The notes under the pieces are model-generated. The model was given only the letters and a program-made list of their open reading frames with translations. It was not told the origin of the DNA and did no database searches. From an uncultured Bacteroidota bacterium (GTDB lineage Bacteria; Bacteroidota; Bacteroidia; B-17B0; Aurantibacillaceae): a DNA stretch of 64,000 nt. The DNA is taken from assembly GCA_903928655.1 (NCBI GenBank), contig CAIYSA010000051.1, positions 5,061 through 69,060 on the forward strand, written 5' to 3'. Made by a program: the position numbers and the translations under genes. Shown one piece after another: positions 56,638 through 64,000 of this stretch; the stretch's first letter is position 1, and each line of letters starts with the position of its first letter.

Positions 56638-56814
56638 ATTTTATTACTTTTTAAATTTGTTTTATTGTTAATGAGTTGCAAAAATTACATAATTCATTTT
56701 ATTAAAAAAAATTTTTTTTACAATAAGCCCTTTGCTAAAGATTGCTATAAATATATCACACAATAAAAAAAGCCTTATCACGTTCTAAGTTATATTAACC
56801 CTCTAAATTAATCT

Positions 56815-57000
56815 ATGCAACAAAACTCTACTCTTGTTTCTTCTACATTAAAATCTAATACAAACAAGCAACAGCATACTAAAACTGTTGACGATAATGA
56901 GCCTTCAGACTCTCTCATTCAGAATATCCTTAATTACTCAAAGTCTTTAACAATCAATAAATCAAAAACAATTGGTTTTATTGAAATTATGGCGAGTTAA
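56815..57000 (+). CDS. Possible small protein (61 aa), uncertain
   Basis: It is the only ORF in a 484-bp gap. It is Ser/Thr/Asn/Lys-rich with no motif support, so it may be non-coding. Confidence 0.25.
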   Translation: MQQNSTLVSSTLKSNTNKQQHTKTVDDNEPSDSLIQNILNYSKSLTINKSKTIGFIEIMAS

Positions 57001-57121
57001 TAAATTGTTTTATATTAACGAGTTTAACTGTCGTTTTTACAAAAACTATGTCATTAAATACAATTAAATTTGTGTAGTGGCGATATTCCGTTAATTTTGT
57101 AATCTACATTATTTAACCACA

Positions 57122-58453
57122 ATGGCTCAATTCGAATTAACAATGCCCAAAATGGGCGAAAGTGTTGCAGAAGCAACTATTATTAAATGGACAAAAAACG
57201 AAGGTGATTCAATTAAAATTGATGAAACAGTTTTAGAAATTGCTACTGATAAAGTAGATTCTGAAATTCCGTCACCTTTTGAGGGCACCCTAATAAAAAA
57301 ATTATTTAACGAAAATGATGTTGTTCAGGTAGGCTCTGTTATTGCAATTATCTCTTCTGATGCAAATGCCTCAGTTGCAGAAACCCCAAAAACTGCTGCT
57401 CCAATACAACAATCAAACGAGCCAACTACTTCTGCGCCTTTAGCAGTAGTTTCAAATGAAGTTGTTGATTTTTCTAGCTCTGATAAATTTTATTCTCCTT
57501 TAGTAAAAAGTATAGCTAAAGAAGAGGGGATTTCTTTATCGGAATTAGATTCTATTAAAGGAACTGGGCAAGAAGGCCGAGTTACTAAAGCCGATATTTT
57601 AGCTTATTTACCTAATAGAAATAAAAATGTAGCCACTCCTGTAGCTGATGAAGTTAAGGTTGCAAATACAACAAAATCATCTATTGGCGTTCCAGATAAT
57701 ACAGTTTTAGTTCAACGTCCTGCAGTGTCTGTAGGTGCTGGCGACGAAATTATTGAAATGGATCGTATGCGTAAAATCATTGCCGATAATATGGTAATGA
57801 GTAAGCACGTTTCGCCACACGTTACTTCTTTTGTAGAGGCTGATGTTACTAATTTAGTTCAATGGAGAGACAGAGTTAAAAAAGACTTTGAGAAAAGAGA
57901 AGGAGAAAAAATTACGTTTACACCTCTATTTATTGAGTGCGTAGCAAAAGCCATAAAAGATTTTCCAATGATAAACGTTTCTGTTGACCAAACTGGAACA
58001 AAAATAATTAAGCGCAAAAATATTAATGTTGGTATGGCTGCAGCTTTACCTTCAGGAAACTTAATTGTTCCAGTTATTAAAAATGCGGATCAAAAAAACT
58101 TAGTAGGAATTACAAAAAGTGTAAATGATTTGGCAACACGCGCACGTGCCAACAAATTAACCCCCGACGAAATTCAAGGAGGAACATTTACATTAACAAA
58201 CGTAGGTGGATTTGGAAACATAATGGGAACGCCAATTATTTTGCAGCCTCAAGTTGCTATTTTAGCCGTTGGCTCTATTAAAAAGAAACCTGCAGTTATT
58301 GAAACTCCACAAGGTGATGTTATTGCAATTAGACATTTTATGTTCTTATCGTTATCTTATGACCACAGAGTTGTAGACGGATCATTAGGCGGAAGTTTCT
58401 TACGTAAAGTAGCAGATTATATGGAAAATTGGGATATAACAAGAATATCCTAA
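57122..58453 (+). CDS. 2-oxo acid dehydrogenase E2 component (dihydrolipoyllysine-residue acyltransferase)
   Basis: Lipoyl domain (EIATDKVDSEIPSP), E3-binding domain (SPLVKSIAKEEGISLSEL..TG.EGRVTK.D) and catalytic domain (SLSYDHRVVDG). Confidence 0.9.
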   Translation: MAQFELTMPKMGESVAEATIIKWTKNEGDSIKIDETVLEIATDKVDSEIPSPFEGTLIKKLFNENDVVQVGSVIAIISSDANASVAETPKTAAPIQQSNEPTTSAPLAVVSNEVVDFSSSDKFYSPLVKSIAKEEGISLSELDSIKGTGQEGRVTKADILAYLPNRNKNVATPVADEVKVANTTKSSIGVPDNTVLVQRPAVSVGAGDEIIEMDRMRKIIADNMVMSKHVSPHVTSFVEADVTNLVQWRDRVKKDFEKREGEKITFTPLFIECVAKAIKDFPMINVSVDQTGTKIIKRKNINVGMAAALPSGNLIVPVIKNADQKNLVGITKSVNDLATRARANKLTPDEIQGGTFTLTNVGGFGNIMGTPIILQPQVAILAVGSIKKKPAVIETPQGDVIAIRHFMFLSLSYDHRVVDGSLGGSFLRKVADYMENWDITRIS

Positions 58454-58573
58454 ATTTCCCTAATTAACTTATTTAAGCCCTAATAAAAAGGGCAATTTAT
58501 CGACATTATTATGGTTTTTATCTAAAATATGCTATTTTTGTTAACAGATTCAAAGAATTAAAACAACTAACAC

Positions 58574-61174
58574 ATGAAAAAACATAATATACTTTTCGTT
58601 TCGATTTTAATCTTTTCTTTTGTTTCAAAAGCTCAACTCAAAACCGGAACTTACAACGACTATTTTAGAGAGGGAAGTTTTCTAATGCAAGAGGAAAATT
58701 TCGATCAAGCACTTAAAAATTTTATAGAAGCATATAAAATTGATTCTAGTTCCGCAAACATAAATTTTAATGTTGGTTACTGTTTATTAAATTCCTCTAA
58801 TAAAAAAGCAACGGCAGAAAAATATTTAGCTAAAGCAATAATTGGGATATCAAAAAACTATCGTAGCGACGATCCTTCAGAAAAAGAATCGCCACCAATA
58901 GCCTTATTTTATTTTGCTAGAGCGCTGCACAATAATTATAAATTTGACGAAGCTAATGCACAATATGAATTATTTGAAACTTATTATGTAAAAGACAAAA
59001 AACAAAAAGAAGAAATTGAATATTATAGAGCGCAAAATGCATTCGCAAAAGAAATAGTATCTACACCAATAAATGTTACCATTCAAAATTTAGGGGACAG
59101 TATTAATAGTGAATATCCAGATTTTAGTCCCGTTTTAAGTGCTGATGAAAGAACAATAATTTACACAACTCGTCGAAACACTTCAACCGGTGGAGAAAAA
59201 GCTTTTGATGGTCAATACTATGAAGATATTGTTATTGCTTATAAAGACGAAAACGGTAAATGGTCTTCTCCAAAGCCAATTAGCAAATATATTAATACAG
59301 ATGGTAATGAGGCATCAATAAATTTAACGCCTGATGGACAAACATTGATTGTTTATCAAGATCTTGGTTCTGGCAATGGTGGAGATATTTATTTCAGCGC
59401 TTGGGATGGAAAGGATTGGAGTTCGTTACAACAATTTGGTTCAGACATCAACACAAAATACTTTGAATCACATGGGTGTTTAACTGCAGATAACAATACT
59501 TTATATTTTGTTTCTAACAGGCCAGGTGGATTTGGAGGACGTGATATTTACCGTTGCGTGAAATTGCCAAATGGAAAATGGAGCAAAGCTTCAAACTTAG
59601 GCCCAACAATTAATACAAAATACGATGAGGATGGTCCATTTATACATCCTGATGGAATTACTTTAATTTTTGCATCAAAAGGACATAAAACAATTGGTGG
59701 GTTTGATATTTTATTTTCTACAGTTGATGAGGAGAGAAAGTTTTCGCAACCAGAAAATATGGGTTATCCAATCAACACAACTGATGATGATGTGTTTTTT
59801 GTAACGTCGCCTGATGGCAAGCGAGGATATTTTTCATCTGATAAAGCTGGCGGATTTGGAGAAAAAGACATTTACACTATGTTTATTACAGATGCAAAAG
59901 AAAAGCCTTTAGCTTTATTTAAAGGGTCAATAATCCCTGCAAATGATGAAGAACTGCCTGAAGACATAATGGTTGTTGTTACGGATAAAGAAACGGGAGA
60001 GGTTATTGGTAACTATCGTCCAAATGAAAATGGAAAATTTAGTACAATTTTACCCCCAAACAGAAATTATGTATTTTCATACCAAAGTAAAGGAGAAGAG
60101 TTTTACAATGAAGAATTATATGTGTCAAATGAGGTAGCCTACCAAGAAATTAAAAAAGAAATCAACCTTGAACCAATTTCATTATTAGGTAAGGTTAAGG
60201 TTAAAGACAAATTAGTGGTTTTTACAATATTAGTATTAAATAATCCTATAGACAAAAAACCTATACCAAATGCAAATATTACATTAACAGAAAAAGGTGG
60301 CTCTGATATTATTTTTAAGGTAGATGGAAATGGAAAAAAAGAATCAACTCCTCTAGTTTTTGATAAACTTTATTCAGTTGTCGCAGAATTAAATGGTGAA
60401 AAATCGATCCCGAGCACATTTAATACTTTTGGTATAAAGGGAAGTAAATCAATAACTCAAATTATATATTTAGAAGGAAAAGCTACTAAAGAATTTGATT
60501 TGTTTTTAAATATAATTGTCTTAAATGCTAAGCGAAAGCCAATAGCAAACACAAAGATTAAACTTGTTGGTAGTGATGGGAGTAATTATGAAGGCATTAC
60601 GGATGAAAAAGGTCGCATAAAAAATTTAAAATTAAATAAGAATGTTAAATATGAAGTAATTGGCGAAAGTAATGGCAACGTTTCAAAAAAAGAAACTTTC
60701 AATACATTTAAAATTAAATTGAAAAAGATTTATGAAAAAACATTGGTAATTGATTCAAGCCCTATTATTAGTAACAACACTACTCATGAAGAAAAAGACT
60801 ATGCTTGTGGTATTTCCGTTAACTTTAAAAGGTATTTTTCATACGACAGAAATGAAACTAAAGAAGAAAAAGAATGGATAAATTTAATTGATGGAATAGT
60901 TGCGAAAACAAAAGAATGCAATCCAAACGTAAAAATTTTATCGAGTGCATCTCAAGTTCCTACACGTAAATACTCTAGTAATAAATTATTAGCTAAGTCA
61001 CGTGCTGAAAAAATGGAAGCTAAAATTAGAGAAACAGTAACTGCAAAAGGTGGTGATGCAAGCAAAATTAATTTTAAACTTATGTATGAAGTTCGTGGTC
61101 CAATGTATGAGGCAGATTATAAAAATGTTAAAAAATACGGCAAATACCAATACGTAAAAGTTATTGCCAGATAA
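58574..61174 (+). CDS. Secreted TPR + TolB-like PD40 beta-propeller + CarboxypepD_reg-like repeat protein with a degenerate OmpA-C-like tail
   Basis: 866 aa with a signal peptide. There are five PD40-like blades (e.g. FSPVLSADERTIIYTT, LTADNNTLYFVSNRPGGFGGRDIY, VTSPDGKRGYFSSDKAGGFGEKDIY). Two duplicated modules end in FNTF(G/K)IK. Confidence 0.7.
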   Translation: MKKHNILFVSILIFSFVSKAQLKTGTYNDYFREGSFLMQEENFDQALKNFIEAYKIDSSSANINFNVGYCLLNSSNKKATAEKYLAKAIIGISKNYRSDDPSEKESPPIALFYFARALHNNYKFDEANAQYELFETYYVKDKKQKEEIEYYRAQNAFAKEIVSTPINVTIQNLGDSINSEYPDFSPVLSADERTIIYTTRRNTSTGGEKAFDGQYYEDIVIAYKDENGKWSSPKPISKYINTDGNEASINLTPDGQTLIVYQDLGSGNGGDIYFSAWDGKDWSSLQQFGSDINTKYFESHGCLTADNNTLYFVSNRPGGFGGRDIYRCVKLPNGKWSKASNLGPTINTKYDEDGPFIHPDGITLIFASKGHKTIGGFDILFSTVDEERKFSQPENMGYPINTTDDDVFFVTSPDGKRGYFSSDKAGGFGEKDIYTMFITDAKEKPLALFKGSIIPANDEELPEDIMVVVTDKETGEVIGNYRPNENGKFSTILPPNRNYVFSYQSKGEEFYNEELYVSNEVAYQEIKKEINLEPISLLGKVKVKDKLVVFTILVLNNPIDKKPIPNANITLTEKGGSDIIFKVDGNGKKESTPLVFDKLYSVVAELNGEKSIPSTFNTFGIKGSKSITQIIYLEGKATKEFDLFLNIIVLNAKRKPIANTKIKLVGSDGSNYEGITDEKGRIKNLKLNKNVKYEVIGESNGNVSKKETFNTFKIKLKKIYEKTLVIDSSPIISNNTTHEEKDYACGISVNFKRYFSYDRNETKEEKEWINLIDGIVAKTKECNPNVKILSSASQVPTRKYSSNKLLAKSRAEKMEAKIRETVTAKGGDASKINFKLMYEVRGPMYEADYKNVKKYGKYQYVKVIAR

Positions 61175-61189
61175 AATTAATTTCAATCA

Positions 61190-61227
61190 AAAAAAGCATT
61201 TAGAATATATTCTAAATGCTTTTTTTA
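61190..61227 (+). terminator. Rho-independent terminator of the 866-aa gene
   Basis: GCATTTAGAAT-at-ATTCTAAATGC followed by ttttttt, 20 nt after the stop. Confidence 0.85.
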
Positions 61228-61249
61228 TGCTGTATAAACTATAAATTAT

Positions 61250-62803
61250 TTGTTAAATTTGAAGGTGATTGAAAAACCAAAAATAAATATTATTGGAGCA
61301 GGTATTTCTGGCTTATGTGCCGGAAGTTATTTACAAATGAATGGTTTCGAAACACATATATTTGAAAAACATTCTATTCCTGGCGGACTTTGCACTAGTT
61401 GGGAAAAAGGAGAATATACAATTGATGGTTGTGCTCATTGGATTTTAGGCTCAGATAAAGGAAGCGGATTTTACCACATGTGGTCAGAATTGCTAAATTT
61501 AGAAACTATTGAATTTCATCATCACGAGGTACGTATTCATGTTGAAGTAAAAAATAATATTGATAAATACGGTAGTAAGATTTTTAATGTTTATACAAAT
61601 TTAGATCAATTAAAAAAATACATGATCGATTTATCGCCAGAAGACGAAAAAACAACAACTGACTTTATTAATGACATTAGGGTTCTTCAAAATTATGAAC
61701 TACCTCCAGTAATGGATAAGCTTCCAATAATTCCGTCTATCATTAGGGGAATAAAAATGACACGCTATTTAAAGTTTTTATTTATTCTTAATAAGCAAAG
61801 AAAAGTTAGCAATTTCGATCTTGCTAAAAAATTTAAAAATCCCTTTTTGCGTGAAGCCTTCGAATTATTATATGATGGACAAGAAGTAAAAATGTTAGTT
61901 TTTAATTTTCCTCAAGCAGTATTTGATAAAAAAAGTGCTGGATATCCAATTGGTGGATCGTTAGCCTGGGCACAAAAAATCGCAGATAAATATAAGTCCT
62001 TAGGAGGAACAATACATTATAATACTCCTGTAAAAAAAATATTAACAGAGAATAATATAGCAAATGGTTTAATGGTTCGAAATGATGTTGTCCATAAATG
62101 TGATGCTGTTTTGTCTACAGCGGATTGGTATAAAACGGTGTTTGAATATTTAGACGGAAAATACGTAGATGAAAAAATCATTAAACTTAAAGAAGGAAAA
62201 GTAATTGATGTATATTATTCCATTTTATTAGCCTCTTTTGGTTTAAAAAAATCGTATAAAGAATATCCACATTTTCATCGTTTTCCAACAGAAATTAAAT
62301 TACAATCTCCTTGTGGAACAAGTTGGGATAGATTAGAAGTCCATTTTTACAATTATGACCCAACACTTGCTCCAGAAGGAAAAACAGTGATGGCTTGCAG
62401 TTTTTACACAACCAATGGAAACTATTGGATTAATTTGCGTAAAAATGAACGTGTGAAATACCGTGAAGAAAAAACAAAATTTATTAATGCCTTAATAGAT
62501 TTATTAGAAATTAAATTTCAAGGCATAAAAGATGATATTGAAGTAACAGATTTTGCAACACCTGCAACTGTTTTACGCTATACAAATAATTGGCAAGGAA
62601 GTGCGCAAGGTTGGTTGCCAGGCGAAAATATTATTGCATCGTCACCAGTTAAATTTACACTTCCAAAACTAAAACAATTTTTTTATGCAAGTCATTGGGG
62701 AAGGCCGGGAGGTGGAATACCAGTTGCTATTAACCAAGGTAGAGATGTTGCTAAATTAATGTGTAAACATTTTAAAAAAGAATTTAAAACGACAAAAGCA
62801 TAA
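61250..62803 (+). CDS. NAD(P)/FAD-dependent oxidoreductase of the phytoene-desaturase (CrtI/COG1233) superfamily
   Basis: The N-terminal dinucleotide fold is INIIGAGISGLCAGSYLQMNGFETHIFEKHSIPGG. The start is uncertain (TTG 61250 in the track, GTG 61265 is an alternative). Confidence 0.75.
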   Translation: MLNLKVIEKPKINIIGAGISGLCAGSYLQMNGFETHIFEKHSIPGGLCTSWEKGEYTIDGCAHWILGSDKGSGFYHMWSELLNLETIEFHHHEVRIHVEVKNNIDKYGSKIFNVYTNLDQLKKYMIDLSPEDEKTTTDFINDIRVLQNYELPPVMDKLPIIPSIIRGIKMTRYLKFLFILNKQRKVSNFDLAKKFKNPFLREAFELLYDGQEVKMLVFNFPQAVFDKKSAGYPIGGSLAWAQKIADKYKSLGGTIHYNTPVKKILTENNIANGLMVRNDVVHKCDAVLSTADWYKTVFEYLDGKYVDEKIIKLKEGKVIDVYYSILLASFGLKKSYKEYPHFHRFPTEIKLQSPCGTSWDRLEVHFYNYDPTLAPEGKTVMACSFYTTNGNYWINLRKNERVKYREEKTKFINALIDLLEIKFQGIKDDIEVTDFATPATVLRYTNNWQGSAQGWLPGENIIASSPVKFTLPKLKQFFYASHWGRPGGGIPVAINQGRDVAKLMCKHFKKEFKTTKA

Positions 62804-62813
62804 AAATAAAATT

Positions 62814-62852
62814 CATAAAAAAACCCTTTGCAATAACGCAAAGGGTTTTTTA
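62814..62852. terminator. Bidirectional Rho-independent terminator between the oxidoreductase (+) and ettA (-)
   Basis: aaaaaaaaaa-CCCTTTGC-aataac-GCAAAGGG-tttttt. Confidence 0.85.
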
Positions 62853-62869
62853 TTTTTCAATAATTAAAA

Positions 62870-64000
62870 TTATACAACTAGTTTTTTGTAACGAGGGCGT
62901 TTTGGCTCAACATTTCCTAAACGTTTTTTGCGATTTTCTTCGTATTCGCTGTACCCGCCTTCAAACCAATAAACAGAGCTATCACCTTCAAAAGCTAAAA
63001 TATGAGTACAAACACGATCTAAAAACCATCTATCGTGACTAATAATAACAGCACATCCCGCAAAGTTTTCTAACCCTTCCTCTAATGCACGCAATGTATT
63101 TACATCTAAGTCATTTGTTGGCTCATCGAGTAACAATACGTTTCCTTCATTTTTTAATGCCATTGCTAAATGCAAACGATTACGCTCTCCACCAGAAAGC
63201 ACGCTCACTTTTTTTCCTTGGTCGCTTCCCGCAAAATTAAAACGAGAAATATAAGCTCTAGAATTCATTGCTTTTCCTCCAAGAATAATGTTTTCTAAAC
63301 CACCGCTTAACACATCATAAACTGTTTTATTAGGCTCAAGCTCTTTGTGATTTTGATCGACATAAGAAATTTTTACAGTTGGTCCAACTTTAAATTCTCC
63401 ACTGTTTGGAGTTTCTTCACCCATAATCATTCTAAACAAAGTTGTTTTACCAGCACCATTTGGACCAATAATACCAACAATTCCTGCCGGAGGTAATTTA
63501 AAATTTAAATGTTCATACAATAATCTATCTCCAAATCCTTTAGAAACATCAATTGCTTCAATTACTTCATTACCAAGGCGCGGACCGTTAGGAATAAATA
63601 TTTCCAAACGTTCTTCCTTATCCTTGATATCTTCATTCATCATTTTATCGTAATTGCCTAAACGCGCTTTTTGTTTCACGCCCCTACCTTTTACTCCTTG
63701 ACGAACCCAGTCTAACTCACGGGCCAATGTTTTTTGACGTTTACTTTCTGTTTTTTCTTCTTGTTTTAAACGATTCCCTTTTTGTTCTAACCAAGATGAG
63801 TAATTCCCTTTCCAAGGAATACCTTCTCCTCGATCTAATTCTAAAATCCAACCAGCAACATTATCTAAGAAATATCTATCATGCGTTACGGCAATTACTG
63901 TTCCTTTATAGTTTTGTAAATGAACCTCTAACCAATCAACACTTTCGGCGTCCAAGTGATTTGTAGGCTCATCTAGTAATAAAATATCTGGTTCCTGTAA
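62870..64000 (-). CDS. ettA: ABC-F ATPase, energy-dependent translational throttle EttA-like (5' end beyond the window)
   Basis: The frame stays open to position 64000 (…[25 protein letters not shown]…). The second ABC domain has [21 protein letters not shown] and [11 protein letters not shown]. The M at 63955 in the track is internal. Confidence 0.88.
   Translation of the reverse strand, partial: LQEPDILLLDEPTNHLDAESVDWLEVHLQNYKGTVIAVTHDRYFLDNVAGWILELDRGEGIPWKGNYSSWLEQKGNRLKQEEKTESKRQKTLARELDWVRQGVKGRGVKQKARLGNYDKMMNEDIKDKEERLEIFIPNGPRLGNEVIEAIDVSKGFGDRLLYEHLNFKLPPAGIVGIIGPNGAGKTTLFRMIMGEETPNSGEFKVGPTVKISYVDQNHKELEPNKTVYDVLSGGLENIILGGKAMNSRAYISRFNFAGSDQGKKVSVLSGGERNRLHLAMALKNEGNVLLLDEPTNDLDVNTLRALEEGLENFAGCAVIISHDRWFLDRVCTHILAFEGDSSVYWFEGGYSEYEENRKKRLGNVEPKRPRYKKLVV

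Noticed and set aside
57122-58453. The E2 acyltransferase without neighbouring E1/E3 genes as an anomaly.
   Set aside because: Dispersed 2-oxo acid dehydrogenase genes are, to my knowledge, common in Bacteroidota. The protein has complete lipoyl, E3-binding and catalytic domains, so this is not unusual enough to report.
1-64000. Search for CRISPR arrays, transposases, integrases, phage genes, toxin-antitoxin pairs, restriction-modification systems or known defence genes.
   Set aside because: None recognised. There are no regularly spaced direct repeats, no DDE, tyrosine or serine recombinase motifs, and no tRNA attachment site. Gene content is housekeeping or envelope-related throughout, so I do not claim a defence or mobile island.

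Overview
AT-rich, very gene-dense segment: about 57 supported CDS and a few Rho-independent terminators. I found no rRNA, tRNA, CRISPR array, transposase, integrase or phage genes by eye. The content points to core chromosome of a Bacteroidota (Flavobacteriia-like) organism. Evidence for that: an Alternative Complex III (actABCDEF) plus aa3 oxidase operon, a T9SS type-B C-terminal-domain giant adhesin, BshB1 (bacillithiol), and many lipoproteins. Order along the window: corA (partial), aspartate kinase, ctaD/ctaC, actF-A, a divergent CarH/LitR-like MerR-B12 regulator operon, then a hotdog + ABC-2 exporter operon. Next come M28 peptidase, tdk, rpe and sodA, followed by a long minus-strand string (PBP1A, scoA, lipoprotein, ArnT-like GT-C, scoB, two paralogous GT-C-like proteins, GT2, DUF2304). 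After that: the 1335-aa T9SS adhesin, ChaN, a KASIII-like / small HTH-like / BtrH-like triad behind tig, an SGNH-SGNH-MBOAT O-acylation cluster, recG, bshB1, GT4 and a non-catalytic M16. The window ends with a small cluster of GC-rich hairpin repeats, a small MerR, two secreted proteins (one with tandem repeats), an orphan E2 acyltransferase, a TPR/PD40 protein, a CrtI-family oxidoreductase and ettA (partial). There is no obvious defence island or mobile element, and most of the window is ordinary housekeeping. The best candidates for under-described biology are three. (1) A Gtr-like periplasmic glycosylation module with three GT-C-type enzymes threaded through a split scoA/scoB pair. (2) The translationally coupled KASIII-like / HTH-like / BtrH-like (Cys-His-Asp) triad. 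(3) The hotdog-ABC exporter operon. A B12-photoreceptor-like regulator facing the respiratory operon is also worth a look. All functional calls come from motif recognition by eye. No database search was possible.
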